Below, one piece after another: positions 47,674 through 58,800 of a stretch of 64,000 nt of DNA. Source of the stretch: Mobula hypostoma. Taxonomy: Eukaryota. Every line of letters begins with the position of its first letter. Within the stretch, counting starts at the first letter, position 1. Location of the stretch: contig NC_086109.1 in the NCBI RefSeq assembly GCF_963921235.1, positions 30,878,001 to 30,942,000 of the forward strand. The letters are read 5' to 3'. The notes beneath the pieces were generated by a model that was given only the letters and a program-made list of their open reading frames with translations, made no database searches and was not told the origin of the DNA. A program made the position numbers and the translations under genes.

Positions 47674-48915
47674 GTAAGTGATAGAAAGTTTCAAATGGAA
47701 AAGCAGGAAATCATTTGAAATGTAATTACTTCTGAGCACTTGATAATTACTTTAGGTGCCAGATGCTGAAAACCATTGTCTTGGTAATTAAACAATAATT
47801 ATTGAACACCTTGGATTTTAAATTTCTGGACCTAAGGGGCACCAAGATCAAACTGCAAAAAGGAATTGAAATTCATAAGAGGGCACTGTCCTCAATTTTT
47901 GCTTCTTCTTTGACAACTAATCCTCCAAATCAAAGAGTAATATAAACGATAATTGCAGGGAAGTCAAAATTCTCTTACTTTTTGAAAGAAGGATTAATTA
48001 AAGGACACGGAATACCCTCTTATCTTGCAACATATTTCTTTGTGAGCAATAATTAGATCGCTGAGTTTTAGCTTCTTTGATTCATTTGTGTCAACCAATC
48101 AGCAACTCAATTTTATCATTAAAGATTACAGATTCTCTTTTAGCTGACTTTGCGTATGGATTTGCTGCCACATCTGCTGATTACCTCATGTGGTATTCAG
48201 TGTTTTTACATGATGCTATTTTGTTCCTTAGCTGTTGTTGCCAGGTCTGCAGAATCCTAAAGATACATCACACAGCTATGAAAAGTTTGCATTTTCATGA
48301 AACTGAAGGAAATGGATCACTCTTTGCACCAGGTCATTAACTGAACAGCTCAATGAGGTGTTATTTGGTTAATTGGACAGACACCCCATGTAAGTTGAAG
48401 CTCTTTGCCATAACTCTCTATTATTTCTTGGAACCAATTTTCTTTATTAAAACATATAAATAAAGACTGAGTGGAATAGAGAGCAAAATGGTATTTGGCA
48501 GATCTTTGAAGAATTTTTCTGAGTAATTTCATATATCTGTCTACCTTCCGTTCTGCTCTTTTCATTTGCCTATCAGAACCATAGTTCTTTGCACTCCTTT
48601 CCTGATTTCAGCTTTCCATGCCTTATCCAGTTCCTCACTTTGCCCTCATGACTTTGCTTTCCTCTTCCATCACCAGCTACCAATGTTTCTTGTGCTCCCC
48701 ACTCTTGTCTCATCATGCAAGTTCTATGTGCTTTCCTAATAATTGCAGTTCTGCATGCCTGGTTCTCAGTGTATCTCTGTATGCTCCCAGTTCTTCATGT
48801 CTTTCCATTTAATCCAAATCCCTAAGTACTCTAGTTCCCTAGGTCCTTCTATCTGCCACCATTCCACAAGTCCCTTCATAATTTCACAATTTTCCCTGCT
48901 ATATGCTCCATTTCT

Positions 48916-49027
48916 CCATGTCCCTCAGTCTTGTCCAATTTCCCCATGTCCCTCAGTCTTGTCCAATTTCCCCATGTCCCTCAGTCTTGTCCAATTTCCC
49001 CATGTCCCTCAGTCTTGTCCAATTTCC
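48916..49027. repeat. Minisatellite, 4 perfect copies of 28 bp
   Basis: Unit ccatgtccctcagtcttgtccaatttcc starts at 48916, 48944, 48972 and 49000. Confidence 0.97.
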
Positions 49028-49619
49028 TTTGTCATTCTACCTGCTCCACTTTCCCCTTCCAACTTTAACTGCTGCAGTCACCATGACACTTTGTTGGCAC
49101 TGCTTATGGTTCACACATAAACCTAATTCTGTTTGTTTCTGTCAAGTTCAGTTCTCTTTATTTCCAGAATCTCCACTGAAAGTCAGTAACTCTTCCTCCT
49201 CGGTCAAATTCTTTAAAAAAATATAATTTTTGGATGCTAACCCAGTCACCTTTCTCCTCCTGTTTCATTATTTACTGCAATAGATAAGGCTGTCTGAGCT
49301 TGTTTGTTGCTTCCCTTAATATTAGAATGAATGACATTGACTGATAGCTTGATGACTGTGTGTTGGAGCTGAAAGTTGGATCTATTCCTTTCCTACTGCA
49401 TGTACAGCAACTGTTTTTGGTCATGGTGCAGAACTGCCTGATCAGAATTACCATTCAGAAATGCTTTTATAAACCATCAAATGACAAATTATTTTCTTAT
49501 CAATACATTCCTTTTCCACATCTATTATTTTGTGTGGATCATAGAAATAAGAGAGAGAGTGTTGGCTGAAGTCCATTGATATTTACTACCTTAATTCTTA
49601 TGCTGTCTTCTTCAAGTAT

Positions 49620-49790
49620 ATCACACTAAATAGGGCAGGAAATCAATGAGTTGGACAGCATCTATGGAAGGAAGAAGATAATCAGCATTTTTGGCTGAGA
49701 CATCATCTGTTCGTTTCCTTGACCTGCTGAATTCTTTCAGTTTTTTGTGTGTTGCTTCATATTCCAGCATCTGCAGTCTGTTATGTCTTA
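49620..49790. mobile_element. Penelope-derived hairpin-type short element
   Basis: cagcatctatggaagg... followed by inverted gacctgctgaattctttcag...ttccagcatctgcag. Confidence 0.65.
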
Positions 49791-50034
49791 AAACCTGTGT
49801 TAGGAGGTTAACCTTCCATATTGGACTTTACCCAAAACAAATACTTTACCTTTTTGTGGTGAGACATGGTTAGACTAGCTCAGATGTGCACTCACTTCTG
49901 ATCAGCTTGGACTGAAGTCCCTATCCCAAAATTTGAGCTTTAAGTATATGCAAACACTTTTGTGTAAGATTGAGTACATGGTGCACTGTTTGACATGAAG
50001 ACATATGGGCATAGTGAAAATGTAGTATTTAGAT

Positions 50035-50093
50035 CTAGGGACCCCATGCTTAATGGTATTAGTCCATGATATAAAAAAGGTTGAGAACTCCTG
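50035..50093. mobile_element. hAT MITE (deleted derivative)
   Basis: Perfect 8-bp TSD atttagat (50027-50034 and 50094-50101). It is the reverse complement of the 6700-6778 family. Confidence 0.8.
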
Positions 50094-50229
50094 ATTTAGA
50101 TAGATGATCATCCAGGATCTTTGTGAATATGGAGCATCTGTAAGGACAGAGCAACTTACTGCTCCTATTGTTTAATGCTTCTATTGAAACAAAGGCTGCA
50201 CCTGTTCACGTAGGTGAACATAATAGAGT

Positions 50230-50405
50230 TAACCAGAAAATGTTTCCTTGGAAACTGGCCAGTATCTATCTATGAATATGTGCACGTTGTCTACGTTATC
50301 TCCTGCATTAAACAAGCAAACAATTTGAAAGCACTTTATTAAGTTTGAAAACTTCAGGAAATGTTGGATTTTATGTATAATGTCTTACACAAATGCAAGT
50401 TTTAT
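50230..50405 (+). mobile_element. Very old DeuSINE-like 3' region
   Basis: tcctgcattaaacaagcaaacaatttgaaagcactttatt...acaaatgcaagtttt resembles the SacSINE1/AmnSINE1-type tail as I recall it. Confidence 0.35.
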
Positions 50406-50539
50406 ATATATTTTTGTCATTCTTTTACCTTTATTGATTGACATCAACTCTGCTCTGGTGTTAAATTCACTCACCTTTCCAAAATGCCACAAAAAAATTC
50501 CCTGACTGCTGCTCAGAAAGTGATAATATCCAATAGATA

Positions 50540-51115
50540 TTTTTCTAAGATGTGCTTTCAATTCTGATCACTCCATTATAGGAAGCATATAGAGGCTTTA
50601 GAGATGGTGAGGGAGTTGTTTACCAGGATGTTGTGTACAATTGAGAGCTGGTGTTATAAGGAGAGATATATAAAAAAACAGGGTGGTTTTTTATTGAGTT
50701 TTGGCGGCTGAAGGGAGACCTGACAATAGCTTATAATCTTAAGAGAAGCAAAGGTGGAGTATACCGCTGGTATATTTTTTTTCCATGGTCCAAGTATCTG
50801 ATACCAAAGGGGATGCAAATAGGTTGTGAGTGAAAAGTGATTGAGTGGCAGAGAAGATTCTGAACTGAATGGCTTAATTCTGTTCCAGTGTCTTCTGAAG
50901 GCCCGTTTTTACACAGAGATTGACAGGTTCCTGGAAAACACTGCCAGAGGTGGTTGTGGATTTAGATACAATAAAGGTGTTTAAAAATGCTCTTGGATAT
51001 GCAGAGAATGGAGGGATAATGGACCATGTGTAGACAGAAATGATTAGTGCAATTAGGCATCATTAGATTATGGACCAAAGGGCTTGTTCCTGTGCTGTAT
51101 TGTTCTATATGTATG
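50540..51115 (+). mobile_element. Degraded CR1 3' fragments
   Basis: attctgatcactccattataggaag, cggctgaagggagacctgaca and tail gggcttgttcctgtgctgtattgttctat. Confidence 0.78.
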
Positions 51116-51786
51116 TTTGTAGGCTAAACAGATTTTCACAAACAAACTCAAGACAACAAGATTAATATTTTGTCCATGAACCCAATTTGCATTCATTTCC
51201 TGTTGATTTGTTTTCCATTAGTATAATAGGTTAAACTCCAACATCGTACATATATATCATTACTGTATATACAGCATTATGCCATATTAAGTGAAAAGAT
51301 AATTTAATGTAAATTCAATGTTATTAAAATAATAAACTGTTAACTCTGAATTGCTTGCACCTCTAGCATGCTTCTCCTGAACATTTGTGCACAGTAAATA
51401 AAAATAAATCAATGAAAACTCATCATTTCAAGACGTGTTATGAAGTGACCTCAGGCAAGAAGATAGAATTCCATTTAATGAGTACATTTACCAAAGCTTT
51501 ATGAATAAAATAATAGTTTAGCAATATTTAGATATCAGAGGGCATTTAATTCCACACGTCCAATAATGAGCAAGACGAGTCTAAATTAAAAAAAAAGCTG
51601 GAGCAACATTGCTGTTGGGTTGGATTGCTGAAATCAGCTGGAAATAATTGAGGTATTTATATCCATTATGTAATATGTATCTCTCAGTATCATGTTAATA
51701 AAGCCTATTGTAAACTTTGAGATGTATAAAGGGCAGTTCTATTATCATCCACAGTGGCATTGAACGGATGCTGAAACACATTTAAG

Positions 51787-52497
51787 GATGCAATGAGACA
51801 TGTTATCAGTTGCTGTATCCTGGGGTCATCAGGTGTTTCAGGTCTTTCAGCTTCAGACACGCTTGCCCAGGTGACCCAGCCAGGGTTGATCAGGCCCTGG
51901 GTTATGACCCAGGAGCATTGGTCTACCGGTTACACCTCCTGATCCATAGCCATCTGGAGGTTCGCTCAGCAGCCTCTGTGACAGTCCTGATGGATCCTTT
52001 CTTCGCAGCCCCTTTAATGCCAAAGAGAAAGTATGTTCTGCAAAGCGAGCAACCAGCAAAACCTCTACATCTCACCTCTATAGGCTCGCATCGTGCCCTC
52101 CACCCCTGTCTCTGGCACTGTTCTACTAGCTCCTGGTATTTGGCTTTCTTACCTAAAACACATCCTCAATCCAGTCTTCCCAAGGAACTGTCAGTTCTAC
52201 TATGACCACCTGCTTCAAGGTTTATGACAGAACGACCATGTCAAACCTCAGGGATGATGATGCGTTGAAGTCAGGGAACTTTAATTGCTTGCCCAAATCG
52301 ACTTTCAGTTGCCAGTCAGATGCTATGTTGAGCAAGTCTGAGGTGATCTGGGCTGAGGCTGTGGCTGGTCTCCAGCTTTGACAAAGGCTATGGGTTTTCT
52401 GGGTTGGCGGAGAGGCCTACTGTTGTTAATGGCCAAGGAGATACCTTCTGCCACTGCTTTCAGCACCTGGTCATGGCTGCAGCAGTAACGTCCTTCT
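51787..52497 (-). mobile_element. HERO-like (R2-group) non-LTR element 3' end with restriction-like endonuclease
   Basis: Minus strand EGRYCCSHDQVLKAVA...DWQLKVDLGKQLKFP...LRFDMVVLS...VELTVPWED...KKAKYQELV...EPIEVRCRGFAG...AERTSRWLWIRR. Confidence 0.85.
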
Positions 52498-52694
52498 GAT
52501 TTCCTTGATTGTCCTGTCTGAAGACCACAATGCTGTAAATAACTTGTAGTAATCTTAACCATACTATTTATATTTTATAATCTTTCACATGGTAAAATTT
52601 TCTGCAGAACTTGCCTTTTCACTGTTTTTAAGTAGTTTATTTAATGAGTAAGTTTACTGTGTTTACTTCATAATAGAGGTTTTCGTGGACCATG

Positions 52695-52920
52695 AAACAA
52701 AATCAGCAAATGTTTGAAGTACTCAGTACATCAGGCTGTAACTGTGGAAAGAGAAACTGAGTTAACATTTGAGGTAAAGGCCTTACCTTAGTGTCCTAGG
52801 GACTGTTCTTTGACCTGAAAGGTTAACTCTGTTTCTCATTTCACAAATGCTGTCTAACCATTTGAATGTTTCAGCATATTCTGTTTTTGTTTCTGATTTT
52901 CGGCATCTGTAGTATTTTTG
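52695..52920. mobile_element. Penelope-derived hairpin-type short element
   Basis: Inverted arms gagaaactgagttaacatttgaggt / acctgaaaggttaactctgtttctc. Confidence 0.65.
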
Positions 52921-54424
52921 AGCTTCAATAGTTGTAGGTCATATTACTTGCCTAATGTTTAACTTATTGCTGCTGCAATGCTCCCAAAAAGTACTCTGTT
53001 ATTATTGTTTGTTTTAGTTCTTATTATGACTTCAGGACAAAACAAGAGCAAAGGTTTAAACAAGTCATTTTCTGCAAAATGAGCGCAAGTTTAAACAACA
53101 TAAGGATTTTATCGTGAAGACAGAATTATTTCTCACTGGACAATATCTTTGGAAATTTGTATTTAAATGTTGGCTTTTTATGTTCAGTTCTGAGACAGAG
53201 AAATATAAAGTTATACTATTGTTAGCATTCAATACCTCAATGTGAACGTTTCAATGGTATAAATTCCTTGCTGCTGCAGATTGAGACACATCAAGCCTAG
53301 GAAAATTAGGGAGTAAGTCTACTTATGTAGATTTCTTTGTATTAAAAGGCTTTTTTTATGCAAGTCTTGTAAATTCCAAAAATAGTTTAATCATTTCCAA
53401 TGTAATTTTCTCATTTAATAAGCATGTCTTTTATATGCTAATCCTATTTTTATGCAAGAAAACAACGTATTTTTCTCTCTGATTCTATCTGCTATGGCTC
53501 TGATCCCAGGACCCGGACCCTGCAAAAAAAAAAAAATGGATATAGAAATGGTTAATATTCAAAGTAGAAAAGTCAAATTTTCCCATGATGGCCGAGCTTA
53601 GTCATTTGCTTGAGCACTGTAAGTCAAGATGTGTTGGATGCTGTTCTTAAGTCGCTATAAATTTGATTGGACTGATTACCAACATTACATGCATATAAGC
53701 AAACCAGCACAATGTAAATATCTTGATATTTTGTGAGATTTAAGACAAGAGGAGTCCCAGAAGAATACATTGGGAAAAAAAAATTGATGGAATGCAAATG
53801 AGCTAGGTTCCTTTGACTCCTTTTCTAATGCACGGTTTATAAAATTGGCTGCTGCCTCTTCATTCCTTTGTTCTGTTTCAGAAAGCAAGAGATTACAATT
53901 AAACTGCACTTTTGAATTCTTCACAAAGTAAAAAAAAAACATATCCTATCAAAATTATACTGCTTCAATTAAGAACGCTTTGCAGTTTGTCCTTTGTGAT
54001 TTTAGTTTTTCAAAATCTATTGTGTTCTGGAATTTGCAATCAAACATCAAGTTAACAGACCATGCAGTTTTTCCACCACTACTGGATGCAATAGTCTTTG
54101 ACTTGGATGGGAATAAAAAATGAATTGGAAAATAGGGCAGTGATTCAACATTACAGATTTACTACTGTTTACCTAAGGTCAAAATTAACTCCATTGAATA
54201 AATGTATGCTCATCTTTAAAGTATGTTTAATTTCTACCCCATTGCAATATTGGTGAAAAAAACAAAATAGATTAAGGAGAGACTGAGATGCTGATTGTGG
54301 TAGATGAGTTGAATGATGTATTGTCCAGCAAGATAGGAGCTTCAAGTACAAATTCAATTGTAACTCTTGGTTGTGGATTTGAATTGCAAATTGCCACTAC
54401 CATAGCCTTTACATCCACTCATTT

Positions 54425-54703
54425 ATGGATTTATTTACTTAGCTGCAACACGGCTCTCCGGCTTTTCCGACTCTTCGACCTGCACCACCCACCAACCCCC
54501 GGTTAACCTTAGCCTAAGCATAGGACAACTTCCAATGACCAATTAACCTACTAACCAGTACGTCTTTGGACTGTGGGACGAAACTGGAGGACCCAGAGAA
54601 AACCCATGTATGCCATGGGGAGGATGTACAGACTCCTTACAGACTATGTTGGAATTGAACTCCGAACTCCAACGTCTTGATTGCTACGCTACCGTGGTGC
54701 CGC
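54425..54703 (-). mobile_element. HE1-like SINE
   Basis: ccaattaacctactaaccagtacgtctttggactgtggg...ggaattgaactcc...ctacgctaccgtggtgcc. Confidence 0.82.
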
Positions 54704-55101
54704 ATTGGTTTGGTTGGCATCATTAAAAACCTAGTGCTTTTTTACAAGCAACAGTGATTTTAATCATATTTTTAAATTAAATTAGAACATAGCGATGACT
54801 TACAAAGCACACGGAGCTGAATTCAAAGCTGGAATTCAAGGTTACTTGAGTTCTCATCTGATTAATACCAATGAGGCTATACACATATTCATTAAGCTAA
54901 AACTGTGTAATGTTATTTTGTACAGCTTACTTGGATAAAACTCCAGTGTCTATTACTTTAATGATGGTATTAATATATTTATTATAATTGTTTTCTGTTA
55001 AATTAGCTTAAATGGATTATTGTATCCATTTTATTTATGAAATAAAAATAAAAATGCTGAAAAATCAGCAGGCTAAGTAGGGCCTTTAAAAGGAGAAACA
55101 A

Positions 55102-55345
55102 AAATAATGTGCGAAGTTGGAGGCCATGTTGGCATAATGGTTAGCACTATGTTATTAGAGTTCAGGGTATCAGAGTTCGCTGTTCAATTCTGGTGCCACC
55201 TGTAAGGAGTGTTTATGTTTTCTCCTTGACTGCTCCGTTTGTAGGATAATTTATCATAGTAAATTGTTCTGGGATTTGGCTAGTGTTAGGTGGAATGGCT
55301 TGTTGAACCAGCAGGGACTGTTCCACACTGTATCTCTAAACTGAA
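55102..55345 (+). mobile_element. HE1-like SINE
   Basis: A-box-like ggcataatggttagc, B-box-like gttcaattctgg and tgtaaggagtgtttatgttttctcc. Confidence 0.7.
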
Positions 55346-55434
55346 ATAAGATCATTAGGTTTTTTTTTCCCAGATCTGATGAAGTATTCTTGTGCTGAAT
55401 TGGGGTGTTAACCGACTTCCCCAGAGTTCCAGCA

Positions 55435-55705
55435 GAGTTCAGATCAGATCTCTGGTACTCCGTGTATGGAACCTTTGATCACATGAATTTCTCAAAGATG
55501 CTCTAGTTTCCTCCCACATCCCAAAGACACGGTGATTTGTAAATTAATTGGTTACTCTAAATTATCCCTGTTCTGTAAGTGTCTGGTGGAATCTGTGAAG
55601 AGGTGATGGGAATGTGGGAGAATAAAATAGAATCAAAGGAAATGGGTTCTTGATTGATATGAACTCAATTGGCTGCAGAGTTTGTTTCTGTGCTGTGAGT
55701 TTCTA
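55435..55705 (+). mobile_element. V-SINE-like element
   Basis: gatgctctagtttcctcccacatcccaaagac...aaattaattgg...tgtttctgtgctgt. Confidence 0.65.
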
Positions 55706-55839
55706 AATGGTGATTTACCTGCCTAGTTCCAAAACGTTTTATTGTTATTCCAGATTTCCAGTTCCTTCGGTTATTTTATATTTTTATTAACACAATGAAT
55801 TTAGTATCAAAGATTTGAGCCTTCTTTTATCAGTTTCAC

Positions 55840-58800
55840 AGCTAATACAAGAGCAAGTCAGAGACTTAGTATATGAAATAAGATAGATGAACTTGTAGCA
55901 CAGTTACAAGTTCATGTATGACGTTGTGGGCATCACAGAATCGTGGCTACAAAAAATTATAGCTGGAAACTTAATGTCCAAGACTATACATTGTATTAAA
56001 AGGACCAGCAGGTAGGTGGAGGGAATGGCATGGCTCTGGTAAAAAATAAAAATGAAATCAAATCATGAGAAAGAGGTGACTGGAATTAGAAGGTGCAGAA
56101 ACATTGTGGGTAGAGCTAAGGAATTGCGAGGGTAAGAAGACCCTCATGATAGTTATATAAAGACCCCAAACAGAAGTAAAACTACTGTGGTCTACAAATT
56201 ACAACTAAAGATAGAAAATTCAGAACAAAAAGGCAGTATTATGATAGTCATGGGAGACTTCCTAAGCAGGAAAGAGAACAGCCAGAGGTTGTGGTACATA
56301 TTGATACCAATGACATAGGTAGGAAAAGGGAGAAGGTCTTGAAAGCAGACTACAGAGAGTTAGGAAGGAAGTTGAGAAGCAGGACCACAAAGGTAGTAAT
56401 CTCGGGATTACTGCCTGTGCCACGTGACAGTGAGTATAGGAATAGAATGAGGTGGAGGATAAATGTGGGCTGAGGGATTGGAGCGGGGGCAGGTATTCAG
56501 ATTTCTGGATTATTGGGACCTCTTTTGGGGCGAGTGTGACCTGTACAAAAAGGATGGGTTGCACTTGAATCCCAGGATGAACCAATATCTTGGCGGGGAG
56601 GTTTGCCAAGGCTATCGGGGAGAGTTTAAACTGGAATTGCTGGGGGGGGTGGGAACCGAACTGAAGAGATGGAGGAAGAAGCAGTTGGCTTACAAATGAA
56701 GAAAGCTTGGAGACAGTGCAAGAGGGTGGATAGACAGGTGATAGAGAAGAAATGTGGTCAGACGGATGATTTGAGATGTGTCTATTTTAATGCAAGGAGC
56801 ATTATGAACAAAGCAGATGAGCTTAGAGCATGGATCAGTACTTGGAAATATGATGTTGTGGGCATTACAGAGACTTGGATGGTTCAGGGGCAGGAATGGT
56901 TACTTTGAGTGCCAGGCTTTAGATGTTTCAGAAAGGACAGAGAGGGAGGCAAAAGAGGTGGGGACGTGGCACTGTTGATCAGAGATAGTGTCATGGCTGC
57001 AGAAAAGGAGGAAGTCATGGAGGGGTTGTCTACGGAGTCTCTGTAGGTGGAAGTTAGGAACAGGAAGGGGTCAATACCCCTACGGGGTGTTTTTTTTATA
57101 GACCACCCAATAGTAACAGGAATATCGAGGAGTAGATAGGGAGACTGATTCTGGAAAGGTGTAATAATAACAGTGTTGTCGTGATGGGAGATTTTAATTT
57201 CCCAAATATCGATTGGCATCTCCCTAGAGCAAGGGGTTTAGATGGGGTGGAGTTTGTTAGGTGTGTTCAGGAAGGTTTAGTGAAACAATATGTAGATAAG
57301 CCTACAAGAGGAGAGGCTATTCTTGATCTGGTATTGGAAAGTGAACCTGGGCAGGAGTCAGATCTCTCAGTAGGGGAGCATTTTGGAGACAGTGATCACA
57401 ATTCTATCTCCTTTACTATAGCATTGGAGAGGGATAGGAACAGACAAATTAGGAAAGCATTTAATTGGAGTAAGGGGAAATATGAGGCTATCAGGCAGGA
57501 ACTTAGAAGCATAAATTGGGAACAGATGTACTCAGGGAAAGGTGCAGAAGAAATATGGCAAATGTTCAGGGGATATTTGCGTGGAGTTCTTCATAGGTAC
57601 ATTCCAATGAGACAGGGGAAGGATGGTAGGGTACAGGAACTGTGGCGTACACAGGCTGTTGTAAATCTGGTCAAGGAGAAGAGAAAAGCTAATGAAAGGT
57701 TCAAAAAACTAGGTAATGATAGAGATCTATAAGATTATAAGACTAACAGGAAGGAGCTTAAGAATGAAATTAGGAGAGCCAGAAGGGGCCATGAAAAGGC
57801 CTTGGCGGACAGGATTATGGAAAACCTCAAGGCATTCTAGAAGTATGAGAAGAGCAAGAGGATAAGACATGAGAGAATAGGACCAATCAAGTGTGACAGT
57901 GGAAAAGTGCGTATGGAACCAGAGGAGATAGCAGAAGTACTTAATGAGTACTTTGCTTCAGAATTCACTATGGAAAAGGATTTTGCCAATTGTAGAGATG
58001 ACTTACAGCAGACTGAAAATCTTGAGCATGCAGATATTAAGAAAGAGGATGTGCTGGAGCTTTTGGAAAGCATAAGGTTGGATAAGTCACCGAGAATGGA
58101 CAAGGTATACCCAGGCAACTGTGGGAGGCGTGGGCGGAGATTGCTGAGCCTCTGGCGATGATCTTTGCATCATCAATGGGGATGGGAGAGGTTCCAGAGG
58201 ATTGGAGGGTTGCAGATGTTGTTCCCTTATTCAAGAAAGGGAGTAGAGATAGCTCAGGAAATTAGACTAGTGAGTTTTACTTCAGTGGTTGGTAAGTTGA
58301 TGGAGAAGATCCTGAGAGGCAGGATTTATGAACATTTGGAGAGGCATAATATGATTAGGAATAGTCAGTATGGCGATGTCAAAGGCAGGTCATGCCTTAT
58401 GAGCCTGATTTAACTTTTTGAGGATGTGACTAAACACATTGATGAAGGAAGAGCAGTAGATGTAGTGTATATGGATTTCAGCAAGGCATTTGATAAGGTA
58501 CCCCATGCAAGCCTTATTCAGAAAGTAAGGAGGCATGGGACCCAAGGGGACATTGTTCTGTGGATCCAGAACTGGCTTGCCCACTGAAAACAAAGAGTGG
58601 TTGTAGATGGGTCATATTCTGCATGGAGGTTGGTGACCAGTGGTGTGCCTCAGGGATCTGTTCTAGGACTCCTACCCTTTGTGATTTTTATAAATGACCT
58701 GGATGAGGAAGTGGAGGGATGGGTTAGTAAAATTGCTGATGACACAAAAGCTAGAGGTGTTGTGGATAGTGTTCAGGGCTGTCAGAGTTTACAGCCGGAC

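Noticed and set aside
47554..47739. Minus-strand 61-aa ORF in the track
   Set aside because: It is the antisense shadow of the real plus-strand TAFA5 exon.
48916..49027. 28-bp repeats resembling a CRISPR array
   Set aside because: The units are head-to-tail with no spacers, the context is eukaryotic and there are no cas genes.
51825..51865. CTGAAG...GAAAC on the minus strand of the HERO 3' UTR as a hammerhead
   Set aside because: The core does not match CUGANGA and I could not form stems I-III.
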